In this document: in pieces, positions 1 through 12,229 of the stretch
Numbering within the stretch: position 1 is the first letter of the stretch
Layout of the letters: every line of letters starts with the position of its first letter
Assembly: GCF_016433145.1 (NCBI RefSeq)
Contig: NC_058134.1
Location: forward strand, 284,221,308-284,285,307
Reading direction: 5' to 3'
Source of the DNA: Gracilinanus agilis
Taxonomy: Eukaryota
DNA length: 64,000 nt
Translations under genes and position numbers: made by a program
Notes under the pieces: generated by a model
Told to the model about the DNA's origin: nothing
Database searches by the model: none
Seen by the model: the letters and a program-made list of their open reading frames with translations, nothing else

Positions 1-119
1 AATGGGGGTCAAGTGACTTGCCCAGGGTCACACAGCTGGGAAGTGGCTGAGGCCGGGTTTGAACCTAGGACCTCCTGTCTCTAGGCCTGACTCTCACTCC
101 ACTGAGCTACCCAGCTGCC
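1..119 (-). mobile_element. Opossum-type tRNA-derived SINE (SINE1_Mdo-like), 5' part; cut by window edge
   Basis: Reverse complement reads GGCAGCTGGGTAGCTCAGTGGAGTGAGAGTCAGGCCTAGAGACAGGAGGTCCTAGGTTCAAACCCGGCC..., nearly identical to the copy at 58894. Confidence 0.9.
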
Positions 120-701
120 ACTGCTTACTATTTTTATTCTAGAATGCTATGACTATTGGCATATTGCTAGACTCTAGAGTACAGAAGAGACTCCATGATT
201 GATCACATAATGATCCACCTATATAGTAGAAAGTTCCAATATACTCAACAAGCTTAGTAGCTTGGTCAACTATTTATCAATAAATTTTCTTCACTAATCA
301 AGGGTTTTCTAAGAAAATAACTGTGTCATTGACTGAAAGGAATAATCATCTTTGCATTTATGTCATCTTTATCAGACTTTATTACATTTCTGGAAGTATA
401 TCAAAATCATGGTGTGAAGAAGGGAGAATTTTTATTTGTTCTATTAATTAGGAAAAATTATAATATATCCTCTTTGAAAATATGTTGTCTTTTAGGTACT
501 ATTTTTTACCATATTAGAAAAAGATAATTCTAAGTGTATGCTTTACAGAGAGATGGAGATGGAGGGAGAAGGAAAAGCCCACTTGGCATTGATTTTGTTA
601 TAATCAGTCGAAGAGAAATGTAAAATAAGGAGAATGCTTGCTGCAAATGACCTAATGAGGCCAGTAAAGACTCTTAACTGATTGTAATCCTTCTGTAATT
701 A

Positions 702-913
702 TTTATTTTTATTTTTTTTTATCTTAAAAAAATCCCTTACCTTCTGTTTTAGAATTAATACTAAGTATTGTTTCCAAGGCAGCAATAAGGTTTAGGAAAA
801 TGGAGTTAAGTATCTTGCCAAGGATCACACAGCTAGGAAGTATCTGAGGTCAGATATAAACTCAGGGCCTCCAATTTCCAGGCCTGGCTCTCTATCACTA
901 GGCCAACTTCCCC
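702..913 (-). mobile_element. Older, diverged SINE of the same superfamily
   Basis: Poly-T tail, CCCTTACCTTCTG tail motif and GTCACACAGCTAGGAAGT-like core. Confidence 0.75.
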
Positions 914-1385
914 CTCACCCCATAATACTTTATTGTTTAGCATTACTCTTTATATGAGGGAGTAAAACTGCCTACTCTACTTGGATCATATCTATATTCT
1001 GATACTTTTTAAAAAATCTTCTCTACATTACTCCAGGCATTTTTTGAGGAAGATTCATTGAATTAGGGCCTAACATAGAATTACTCATCAAGAATCTGAA
1101 GTAGGGGTACAATTGAAACATTAAGATCTTAATTTTCCTGTTGAGAAGGCAGACAACCACTCTGGGTCCAGGATGATCAAAGATTTAGATTTTGTAGCAT
1201 AATTTTAGTTATTTTCCCTAAGAGTTGGACTAATTCATAGCCCTACTGGTATATATTACTGTACATATCTTCCCATAATTTTTCCTACATTAACTATTTA
1301 ATCAGCTTTTCAATTATATTTCATTCATTGTCTTTGAATTTGAGATTTTTTCCTCTAGTGATTCTTGGTCAGTTACATTTCTTAT

Positions 1386-2250
1386 TGTAAGGATGGGGGA
1401 TGGGAAAAAAAAGAGCCACAAAAAGGCCGTTGGTGACAATTGGTGACAGTTGAGACTAGAGGGGGTTTTGGGTAATTCTCCAGAGAAAATGGAAGAAGGA
1501 GGAACTTCCAGTAGAGGACTGAGAGAGGGAGAAGGAGAACATCTCAGCTCGAATCCAGTCCTGAGGGCTTCCTGAGGATCTTTCTTTGGACATTGAAACC
1601 CTGATTCCCTGGTCAAAGCCATCCCATCATTTCTCATCCAGCAAGACTTCAGTTAGCTAAGTTTCTGGACTCCATTTTGGGAGAGATTCTCTTGGGCTCC
1701 TTCTCCCATTAACAAACCTTGCTGAGAGACCCTTTCTGGTCTAACTTACAATTATAGAAAAGGAGAGAAATAGAAACAGAAGGAGAAGGGACAAGGGGGG
1801 AGACGTGTAGGAGTGGGGACCCCAAAGGTTCCCACCTGAGTGATGGACCCCATAGAAATAGAGAAGAGGGCACCCCAAATCCCTCTTCCCTTCACCCCTT
1901 TCCCTAATTTCTGAATTGTGAAGAATAAAAGCTATTCATTAGTCAGATGGTGTTCCAGAGTGCCTGAGAGAGGAGGAGGAGGGGAATCACAGCGTGGTCT
2001 GGCTGCTTCCATCTTGGAGCCAGACCACTGGCTGTGAAGTTGACTGACCTCGGGGGAGGCTTGCCTGAACCCCGCCCTCATTCAGAATCTGTTTGAGGTC
2101 CCCCATACCTGTGGGGAGGCACAACCATCCAGGTCACCCAGTTTGGGGGTGACACCCCCTCAAAGTCTCGGTAGTGTATATTCGGTGGGAGGGGAGAGCT
2201 GAAAGAGAGTCTCACCTCATAGACTTTCTCTCTCCCCCTCTATCATAACA
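1386..2250 (+). mobile_element. Solo LTR / ERV LTR
   Basis: Starts TGTAAG and ends CATAACA; locally GC-richer; AATAAA at ~1924. Confidence 0.65.
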
Positions 2251-2644
2251 TTTGGGTACTGGCTTTGTTAATTATTATATTATCTAAGGATTTCCACAGG
2301 CAACCTCAAAATTTGGCTCTTATATTGGTGACTACAGAAAGGATAAACAATTTTCACTTAAACATATGAAAGCTAAATATATTTTTAAAAAAGATAGCCT
2401 TTATTTTATCACATAGAAAATTTTAAAGAAATGACTAGCATCTGAGTCAATAAAGAAGCAAGATAGCTGTTATGCACATATGACTACTCACAACAGGAAT
2501 TCACTGGAGGTACAGAGTGATGAATTTATATTCTACAGAGGCACAATTGTCTTCTAAGGCAGTTACTGAATTATAGAATCATAGTTTCATAGTATTATAG
2601 AAGTAGAAGGAATCTTACTCATCAGTCCCTCTTCTTTCCAGTAG

Positions 2645-3231
2645 TGCCAGGGAAAACTGTTCTGATCTGACTGTGGTTGATAACAAAGGTGGTTTATTGT
2701 AATTTGATCAAGGAATGGGTGAGGAGAGAGGGGTAGGTAACCCTACCCTGACAGCTATGTAAATGGTCGTTCTTCTCTGGTCAAACCCACAGACTTTGAT
2801 CAGGAATTCTTCTCCCTCTCCTATAGCTAATATTAATCTATGCTAACAAATTTAATAGGATGATAGGGGGTCTTTCTCTAAAGGCAAAGGGTTGATAGAA
2901 AGTCTTCACAGTTAGCCCAGAAGTTTTCTGGGTCCTCAGACCCCTTGTAGCCTCTGGTAATAGTCTGAGCTCTTCTTTGATGATTCAGGTGTGAGTCAGG
3001 AGCATAAGCAATATATCTCCGGTATAGAGATAGCTCAGGAAACCTCCAGATAGTCTCAACTAAATCCAGAGATCAAGTAATCATCCTCCGTCCCTCTCAG
3101 AGCCTAGAGTCAAAGACCTCTTTCCAGGGTTCTCTCCCCCATAATCCTTTTCTCCTTTTCCCAACTGCTGCTCTTGTCAATCACATTCCTTCTGAACATT
3201 CCAAACCTTCTTTTGAAAACTTGTCCTTACA
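2645..3231 (-). mobile_element. LTR-like element
   Basis: TG...TTACA ends, TTTATT (antisense polyA signal) at ~2693, composition like the other LTRs here. Confidence 0.5.
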
Positions 3232-3634
3232 ATAAAAATCTTTGACTTGAAAGTTTTTCGGAGTAAAGGACTTATGATGAATTGGAATTCAGGGATTCTT
3301 GACTCCAAATTCATTTCTTTTTTTTTCTTCATGAATCTGTCTAAGAATCTTGTCTAAGAATCTGTCTAAGATCTTGAATCAATGAGTTATAGGAATAGTT
3401 GACAGGAAAGTGGTGTCTCCAGGTCAGGTGGGTAAAGTCCAGAAAGCATGACAAAAAGGGAGGAGAAGAGACTTATATCAGTGGATCTGTATGTTTAGTT
3501 CTTCAGGAGAAAGGAGGCAGGAGAACCTTAATCTCCATATACTATAGAAGAGGTTAGCAAGAAAAATGAGAGAGGCTTACAAAATTATGGACAGCTTTTT
3601 CTTTACCATTTGGCATATTAACCTTCATGGTCTT

Positions 3635-4570
3635 TTACTGCTTTGTAAAAATTGCAATTTTTTTGACTAAATTCTTAAAGGCTTGTATAACTTGTTTGTT
3701 CCTCAGGGTGTAAATGAAGGGATTCATCACGGGGGCAACAGAGGCCATGAGAACTGACACCACCTTGTTCATATCCACTTTTTCATTTCCAGAAGGTTTG
3801 ATGTACATGAAGATGCAACTACCATAAGAAATGGAGACAACAACCATATGGGAGGAACAAGTGGAAAAGGCCTTTTTTCTTTGCTGGGCAGAGGGGAATC
3901 TCAGAATAGTCCTGACAATGGCGGCATAAGACCAAATCACAAAGAGTAAAGTACTGATGAGTGTCAATATTGCATCAATTAAAACAACTCCCTCTATCAA
4001 CTGTGTGTCTGTGCATGAAATCTCTAGCAGAGGAAATGTATCACAAGAAAAATGGTCAATAATGGGGTCACAAAATTCCAACTCAAGACCCATGCCAAGA
4101 GGTGGGAGGATGATCATCAATCCAGCTATCCAACAACTCAATAGGAACCAATTACAGACTTTTCTATTCATGATAGCGGTGTAATGGAGAGGTTTACAGA
4201 TAGCCACATAGCGATCATAGGACATGGTAGCCAGAAGGAAGAACTCTACTGCCCCAAGAAGGATGACAAAAAATATTTGGGTGTAACAAGCATTGCGGGA
4301 AATCATTTTATCTCCTGTTGATATACTATAGAGGTATCTGGGAATACAGGAAGTTGTGAGTGAGACTTCTAAGAAGGAGAAGTTTCGGAGAAAAAAATAC
4401 ATGGGTGTTTTCAGGTGGGGATCCACCAAGGTAAGGATAATGATTGTCAGATTCCCAGTTAGACTCAATAAATAGTTGAGAAACAGAAATATAAAAAGCC
4501 AAACCTGTAGTTGTGGGTTATCTGTCAGTCCCTGCAAGATGAATACCGTTATCCGTGTGTGATTTGTCAT
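3635..4570 (-). CDS. Olfactory receptor (class II, OR6C-like), 311 aa, intact (OR-A)
   Basis: OR motifs [47 protein letters not shown]; likely start MTNHT at 4570 (N-glycosylation sequon, aligns with paralogues); one-codon deletion in ECL2 (FCDP-IIDHF). Confidence 0.96.
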   Translation of the reverse strand: MTNHTRITVFILQGLTDNPQLQVWLFIFLFLNYLLSLTGNLTIIILTLVDPHLKTPMYFFLRNFSFLEVSLTTSCIPRYLYSISTGDKMISRNACYTQIFFVILLGAVEFFLLATMSYDRYVAICKPLHYTAIMNRKVCNWFLLSCWIAGLMIILPPLGMGLELEFCDPIIDHFSCDTFPLLEISCTDTQLIEGVVLIDAILTLISTLLFVIWSYAAIVRTILRFPSAQQRKKAFSTCSSHMVVVSISYGSCIFMYIKPSGNEKVDMNKVVSVLMASVAPVMNPFIYTLRNKQVIQAFKNLVKKIAIFTKQ

Positions 4571-4595
4571 TCTTGTCTTTTGAATTCTGATAAAC

Positions 4596-4625
4596 CTGCA
4601 CACAAAATAGAGGAGAATTTGTATT
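4596..4625 (-). promoter_or_regulatory. 3' splice acceptor of 5'UTR intron of OR-A
   Basis: Minus strand TTCTCCTCTATTTTGTGTGCAG|G, 25 nt before ATG; same 25-nt spacing in OR-B. Confidence 0.75.
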
Positions 4626-5594
4626 TGTGGAGGAGTATGTACAGAAAATGAGGAGATCCATAGGAATTGGTGAGAAAAATGACACATTAAACTCATGTCT
4701 ATTTTTTATTTTTCTTCTTGAAAATTATTGTTTCCAGCACTATATTGATCCCATCACCTCTCTTGCAATTTCTTTTGAATAAGCAAAGGGTTTTTCTTAG
4801 TGACTAAATCACCAAATTATATTTCATTGTCTTCTAGAGTCCTTTCCTGGATTAGTCACATTTCTTTATCACTCAGTAATTAATATCTTTTGCTCTCCCA
4901 AATAGTCCCTTGTCACAATCTTCTATTTCATCCTTTTTCATATGGAGCTTTTCACTTCTTTCCTTGGCCTTAGTTAAGAGCAGAAATGTTAAAAAACACA
5001 GTGGCCCTAAACACATTCAAGGTGGCTTTCACCATATTCAAATGTAGGGAAATATTAACAAAATATGTAAAAATATCATAAACATTAGATAGTATTACAT
5101 TTAAAATAAGTAAATTTGTGCCTAGAAAAGATTCTCACCTATTTATTAGTGGCTCCCATTTCTATTTGAGTTTGGCATGACTGCTGTATTCCTCTGTTCG
5201 ATTCCTTCCAATAAAAAGTTTGGGACCTGAATCTCATTTTACAGAGACCTACCTACCCAGTTTCAGCTACTATGACTGAAAACATTTTTATTAGAAACCA
5301 GAAAATCTGCTTTAAAAACCATTGTCTGCTCCATCAAAAATCATGTTATCTTATGCAAGTTTCTTCATCTTTCAGATCTGAGTTTCTTCATCTCTTAAAT
5401 TGATGGTTGCTTATTGACTAGAAGATCCTTTATAATATCAAATCCTTATTTTCTATGAGAAATGAATTCCCCGTAAATTTTGAGTAGCTGATAATGGTTA
5501 TTTCTAAGTTGTATTTTTATTTTAACTGATGAAAGGATTCACATTTTTATGGAAAGTGCTTTATTCTTTCTCTTTATGTGAAGGATATAATACA

Positions 5595-5775
5595 TTTTTT
5601 AAACCCTTAACTTCTGTGTATTGGCTCCTAGGTGCAAGAGTGGTAAGGGTAGGCAATGGGGGTCAAGTGACTTGCCCAAGGTCACACAGCTGGGAAGTGT
5701 CTGAGGCCAAATTTGAACCCAGGACCTCCCGTCTCTAGGCCTGACTCTCAATGCACTGAGCTACCCAGCTGCCTC
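5595..5775 (-). mobile_element. Full-length SINE1_Mdo-like SINE
   Basis: Complete body with TAATACATT target-site duplication (5588-5596 / 5777-5785). Confidence 0.92.
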
Positions 5776-6699
5776 CTAATACATTGTTTATGGTATCTTG
5801 AAAACTTTTTTAGAGAGTTTCTTGTTCTTGTGACTCAAGAAACTTGTAATGTCACATGCATTCTCTCTCCCTGTCTGTCTCTCTTTTTCTCTCTCCTACC
5901 ATTTCTTGATCTTTGTTTCTTTCCCTCTCTTCAGTCCCATGGGTTTTTTAAGACAGAAAGTTTATAATTAGTCCATATTGCTATACAATTAATCATTAAT
6001 TTTTTTAAAACAAGCAACTGTAAGCTTTTTGTCTCATAGATATCTTTCACATTATTGTAAAACCTATGGACTCATTCTCAGATTAATGCTTTTGAATGTA
6101 GAAATAAAATAAACAGGATTATAAAAGCAACCAATCATATCATAATAACATTGTCAAAATAATGGAAAAATTGAGTATGCCATCAGTAACTCTTGTCTTA
6201 AGTGTGACCTGTCTCAGAAATGTTCTCTTTTTACATTAGGAATTTTTGTTGCAGGATGGAATTACCTTCAGTTTTAAAATTTCTAGAAATGGACATCATA
6301 GGGGTGTTTTGTTTAAAGGTTTTTTCCAACATCCTACAGATGACAAAATGTTGCACAGAAACTGCTCTCACCCAAGTCAACACTATGACCATCTGTAAAA
6401 TGAGTGTGTGAAGTTCAATTATCTTATTATTCTAAAAGAGAAGTGACATCTCAGAAATGATTGTTTATTCTCTCCCTGGAGTAGTCAATGAAATCTCCTA
6501 AGTTTTGATTCTTAAGAGAACAAGTCTGTCCACTGAGTTCTTTAATAGAAGAAAAAACCATGCAAGTCTAATCTTCATAGATATACAATGAGAAAATGTA
6601 GGCTGTATAAACTCTTTCATAGTTATATTTCTGTCAGTGCTTTATAGATATCATTGCCAGAATAACCAAAAAGGTCCCTGAAGTGACTCAAAGATGAAC

Positions 6700-7140
6700 A
6701 GCAATGCAGGCAGGTGGCAGGAGCATAGTAAAGGGGGAAGACAGATTTGAATTCCAGTTTTTACTTACTTTTGATCTTTTAGACTTTGACTTCCTTGAGT
6801 TTAAATTTCCTCACCTGTAAATATGGAAGTTTATTCAGATGACCCCTAATTTTATTTTGAGGCTTAATTCAGAAGGAATGAAACAAGTATTAAGTACCTA
6901 CTATGTGCCCTGCTGTAAGAACTTAACAAATAATAATCTCATTTTGTTTCTCCCAACAACCCTTGGTGGTAGGTGATATTATTTTCACCATTTTACTATT
7001 GAGGAAACTGAGACTAATAGAAATTAAATGATGTGTCCAGAGTCTCCAAGCTATTGAGTGTCTCCAATGGTTTTGATCTCAAGTTTCCTGACTCCAGGCC
7101 CAGCAATATATCAGCTATGCCATGTAGCTAGTTGCCACTA
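6700..7140. mobile_element. Two decayed MIR/CORE-SINE fragments
   Basis: TTTCCTCACCTGTAAA and ATTTTACTATTGAGGAAACTGAG core motifs. Confidence 0.6.
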
Positions 7141-7296
7141 GAAAGATGGCACCTCTGGAAAGGGAAGACAATATCCAGACCCAAATCTATACAATAGAGG
7201 GAAAAGCCTTAAATACCGGGGAAGGGAATTGTATTTTCCTTTCTAAGTATTTTATTTGCTCAGTTTCCTGAAGGTGTCCAGGGAATCCAGTGAGAG

Positions 7297-7563
7297 CAAA
7301 CAACAGATTCTTTGGGGATTCAGGTTCAAAATAAGTAATGAATCTATCATATAATTGACAAGAAATAAAACAACTTTAAAGAGGTAGCTATGGGACCTCT
7401 GTTCCCTGAAAAAGGAAGTCTCTGTTACAGCGTTAGAAAATATGCTTAAATAGTTAGTCTTACACTAGAGCAGACCCTTGGCATCTCCGTGTTTTTCTCC
7501 ACACCATCTAAAGGATCATTCTGATTCTGCAATCAGGATAATTCTCGGGAGGGTTCCCTGGGA
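7297..7563 (-). promoter_or_regulatory. Predicted OR-A promoter module (TTGTTTG, O/E, homeodomain, distal O/E)
   Basis: CAAACAA 7297-7303, TCTTTGGGGA 7309-7318, TAATGAATCT 7336-7345, TCCCTGGGA 7555-7563; same arrangement upstream of the other three ORs. Confidence 0.7.
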
Positions 7564-8404
7564 TAGATCAGATACCAGGGGAGTCCTAATCACCCAATAT
7601 CCCAGGAGGTTCTTAGGCATTTTATTCCTTCCTTCTTTCTTTCTCATCTACATTTAATTCTATGAGTCCACATCTACATTTTAATAGGATTTTAATTTTA
7701 TTACTTCTACCACTGCAACTTGGGATTCCTTTGTACATTTACATTTTGTAGTATTCTTGGCCATTGACTCCCATAGGTCCCCATAGATAAAGTACCCAGA
7801 ACACTGGAGATCATTCCTCATGCTTTTTAATGTTTAATGGAGACCAATAACTCTCAGGCTATTCATTTGTGTGATCTTTTGCTATCTTTATATGATAATC
7901 CTACATTTTTTTCTGGTCATTTATTTCTTTAGCCCTATCTCATATACTGCTCCTTGTTTAGAAGGAGTAGTTGATAAACTCCTACCAACTTTATTCCCCT
8001 CTTTGTTCCTCCATTCCTCTTTGGTTTGCCCACATCTTTGATTTTTTGATATATCATTTAATTCTATACTAATGAGCACAACCTAGATTAGAATGGGTTA
8101 CAAAGACTGTTCTTTGCTTCAAGGAGAATTTTAAGGCAGTGAAATGCACAAGGAAATTTTACCAATACAGATGAGCAATATCTCTTTAGTTCATTCATTT
8201 CTTGGTCCAGCTGATTGTTGATCTGTTAAATATGACCAAGGAAAATATACTGATGTTCAGTTGAATGTTATGAACTGGATAATTTATAGTCAAAGAATTC
8301 TTGGTTATTTCAGTGTGGATGGTTAGGCCCATCCATGAAGGAGCATTTATTGTGTTTTGGGGCCATCTACTAAGCCTAATGTTATTTACTAACATAACAT
8401 CAAT

Positions 8405-10330
8405 TTCATTCAATCAAGAAATGCTTATGAAGCACCTACTATGTGCCATTTATCTTTTAAGCCCTGGGTAAAGATGAGATATTTTTACAAAAATTTTCAA
8501 AATATGCAAAATAAATATATGTAATTATGGGTAGGGACACTACTAGATGGTATCTGGGATGTCCTCATATAAGCAGAATACTTTGAGGTGGACTTTGAAG
8601 GGCACCAGAGTTTCTAAGTGGGGGAAATGAGGATGGAATATGTTTAAGACATGCATAGTATTTGGAAAGAATCAAAGGTGGGTGATGGAATTCTCCATTT
8701 AAGAAGTAGCAAGGTATAGCTACAAGTTGTTAAAAGAAATAGGAGTAATGGAGATATATGTATAATGATAGTGATGTGTATCTGTCTATGATTTCCTCAA
8801 TTTCCAATTGGCTGGGAGGAATACCTACTCTTCTCTGGCTGCTGCTGTAAATTATCCCCTTTCTCCCTGACAGGCTTAGTTGATTAATCTGTCAGTGATT
8901 CCTTTAACAGCTGCCCAAGTGAGGACCCTTGAGAGGTTAGGTGGATGGTTAACCTCTCTAGGCCCAACCTGGGGTTAGATAGATTGGTAGTGGGCTATTG
9001 ATTAGCTTTGGATAATGATTAGGATCTGACTGTGTATTTGATCTCCCTTCCTAAGGGCTGTGATGGAATGACCACTCAGGAAGGTACCTGCTGTTAAACA
9101 CTATTTATCTATTACTAGGGAAAGGATAACAAGGTAAAGGATTGGGGATTGGAAACCCTATCACTCTATTAACTATTAAACTAATTGATAATCAGGACTG
9201 GAGGCTGCTGGTCTGGTGGAGGCTTAAGGTCTTCACTCTCTCTCTATCCCTGACCAGATCTGGCCACAGCCAAGCCAGAGAATAGGGAAGGCTATTGCTG
9301 AAAATAGATATTGATGGTCTTTGTATTCTCTCAGCTCTCTCACCAATAGTGTTGATGGTTCACTAGCTTCCACAGTCTAGCAAGGAAATAGATTCGGGCT
9401 TTTCCTACCCTCTTCATCTTCAACCACCCTTCTGCCCTTCAATCACCCTTCAACCATCCTTCAGCCACACTCTGCACAGATTAATCCACAGAGGTTGCTC
9501 AAGTCTCAACTCAGAGATCTGTGATCTCCAGTTCTGAGCCTCTGAGTCCAGAGACCTCCTCCACTATAGCTGTAAGGGGGTATATATAGGGTGGAGCTAA
9601 CCGACATTTGCCCCTGGCTTACGGCACCTGGGAACATTCCAAATCTCTCAACTGCCATCCCTGTCAGTCAAGGTGGCATCCATGTCATCCCAGATTAATA
9701 ATTATAACATTATACATAACCCCGAATCACAATCACAATCACATCTCTGGCACCAGAATTTTTAAGTGGGGGAAATGAGGATGGAATATGTTCAAGACAT
9801 GGGGCACAGTCTTTGGAAAGAATCAAAAGTGGGCAATGGAATTCTCCATTTAAGAAGTAGCAAGGCATAACCACAAGTCCAATTTGGTTGAACCATAAAG
9901 TGCATGAAGGGGGCCAAAGTACAATAACCCTGGAAAAGGGGGATAAAATATAATAATCCTGAAAAGTCCTTTGGAACAGCTTGTGAAGGGTTTTAAATGA
10001 AAGAAAAGGATTTTTGTTTTCTGTCCTAATGAAAAGGAGTCCCTGGAATTGAACAATTAGGACAGTGATATGATCAGCATTGTGCTTATGCAAAATCATT
10101 TTTGAAGTTATTTAAGGGTGAAATAGAGAGGGGACCAGATTAAACAGAGAGAATAGTTATCAAACTTTTTCATAAACTAGATTTGAGGTGATGAGGGCAT
10201 GAAATTGTGCATTAATCATATAAGTTAATGGAAAGACCCAGATGTAAGAGATTTTGTGGAAGTAGATTCAACAAGACTTGACACCAAATTAAATATGCCA
10301 TTAGTTAGCAAACAGGGCCAACTTAACCAG
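8405..10330 (-). mobile_element. Decayed L2 LINE fragment, interrupted by an LTR
   Basis: CATTCAATCAAGAAATGCTTATGAAGCACCTACTATGTGCC (antisense L2 3' end) and typical L2 body. Confidence 0.65.
8728..9743. mobile_element. Solo LTR-like insertion
   Basis: TGTTA...CACA ends; lies exactly between two copies of a ~128-bp host segment. Confidence 0.6.
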
Positions 10331-10559
10331 CAAAGGATAGTTTGGAGAGAGTCATTTCAAAGTCTGGATAGGAAGTAGGTAAGGAAATGGCAAAACAAAG
10401 GCCATGTGTACATTGTTTACAGTAGAACTGGTGTGTGGGATTGTAGAGTCAAAATGGCAAAATGGAGTCTTTTCCCAATAACAAAGAGCAGAGTCAGGCA
10501 AATTGAAAAATTATGTGGGTAAGTAATGTTTGAAAATGAATTTAGGAATAGAGTAGATA

Positions 10560-12215
10560 TACAAAACATAGTAGTACATGATTATAGTAACCTTGTGTTT
10601 GGTAAATGTAAAGATTCAGTCTTTGGGAATAAGAATTCCTTATTAGGTAAAAAATTATTGGGAAAACTAGAAAGTAGTCTGGCAGAAATACGTTGAGATC
10701 ATTATCTTGTATCATTTACCAAGCTAAGGTCACAGATACATAATCTAGACATAAAGGGAGATATCACAAGCATATTAGAACATGGAATATATTGCCTGTC
10801 AGATATTTGGATAGTGTTATAGAGAAGTGGGTAATCTTGGTTAAGGGAGGGATAAAGGTGATGAGGTGATTTGGAGGAGGAATGAAGGGGATAGCTGAGT
10901 GTAGGGATGAATGAGGTAGGTGGTATTCAGGAAGGTAAGGGAATGGATGGGAGTATAGAAAGGCAGCTCAAACAGGCTTATTCACTGAAGACTGGAAACA
11001 GGATACTGAGGAAATAGACTGGGTTCTTCAGGCAGGGAAGATATCTCTGAGAAACAAAAGGAGTTGGTCGAGTCAGAAATATTTTAAATCTGGCTGGAGG
11101 GCTTCTCTTGTCAATTTCTAAAATCCCTTGAGGGAGTATTCAAAGGGCTCCTTCCTGCCAGTGAAACTGATGGCTGCAGGAAATCTCAGTAGGTACTTTC
11201 CGTTAGGATGGATGCCTGAGGTTCCCTCAAAAAATAAAAGAAAATAATTCCTTCCCTCTTCAGCCCTTGCCTTAATCTTCAATATGATGATTCATCAGAG
11301 GCTTTGAGTAGGTAACAAAGGGGATTTATTAATGTCAGGGATAATCAGAAGGGGAGAGGGGTTTAGGGTTTTGTAACAGCCGCTAGGGAGAAAGCTGATG
11401 GCGGGGGAAGGGTCACAGGAGGGGGTTAGACTGAGGGAGGCCAGCTCTCTCAGTCAAGAAGGTTTGACTGTCTTTTGAAATAAAGTATTTATCAAATCAC
11501 TAAATTAGGGGTGGCTTGTTTTAAGATGCCCTACTTTCCTACAGAAACTAAACCCACAATGTCCAAACACCAAGCCCACCTTTCCTCCCAGGGCCCAAAG
11601 GGAAATTCAGGGAAAATAGCTGGGATGTACTATGGAGAGGTCAGGGAGAGGTCCAGAGAAATCATCTAGGTCCAAATGTCCCAAAAGACAAAAACATAGG
11701 CCAACGCAGAGCCAAAAGTAAAGCCAATAGGCAAAGCCAAAGCCAGAAAGCAAAAGCCCCTCAGTTGGAACTTCAGCCCTATTTATAGCCTTAGGCTCCA
11801 ACAGACTTTCTGAAAATTCTAAACTCCTAACTGCCAGGGCTGCTTACAGTTGAACTTAGAAAAAGCAAAAGCTTCTATAGCATCCTTGCATTACAATAGA
11901 ATAAAAATTTATGAATAATGAAGATTGGAAACATTGTGAGATATAAAATGGATACTTTTGATTATATTTACTTAAAATTTTTGCACAAATACAACCAAAT
12001 GTAGCCAAGGTTAGAAGGAAAACAGGAAATTGTGGGAAGTTTTTTATAGACAGTTTCTTGGATAAAGGTCTACTCTTCCAAATATATAGGGAATTTTGTC
12101 AAATTTATAAGAATGAGTCACTCCCAAATTGATAAATGATCAAAGGATTTATATTTGCAGACAGTTTTTGGATGAATAAATCAAAGCTCTATATAGTCAT
12201 TAAAAATGCTCTAAA
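10560..12215 (+). mobile_element. Degraded L1 ORF2 3' fragment
   Basis: A-rich L1 motifs (TGGGAAAACTAGAAAGTAGTCTGGCAGAAA, TCCCAAATTGATAAATGATCAAAGG); split by LTR 10815-11895. Confidence 0.75.
10815..11895 (-). mobile_element. Solo LTR
   Basis: TGTTAT...ATTACA ends, ATAG target-site duplication, antisense AATAAA; shares TTCTAAACTCCTAACTG and AGGATGGAT motifs with LTR 32336-33353. Confidence 0.85.
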
Positions 12216-12229
12216 TCATCATCTTTTCT

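Noticed and set aside
1314-1637. 107-aa Ser/Pro-rich ORF
   Set aside because: Antisense to an LTR, low complexity, no recognisable domain
3333-3375. Short imperfect tandem repeat (GAATCT[T]GTCTAA x3) as a CRISPR-like or regulatory array
   Set aside because: Only three short units with no spacers, in a eukaryotic context; ordinary slippage
4571-4696. 42-aa N-terminal extension of OR-A in the ORF track (353 aa)
   Set aside because: Reads through a clear splice acceptor at 4596-4597; paralogues start at the equivalent of 4570
6761-6776. TACTTACTTTTGATC resembling the conserved 5'UTR donor for OR-A
   Set aside because: Falls inside a MIR core (ACTTACT is part of that consensus), so the similarity is probably coincidental
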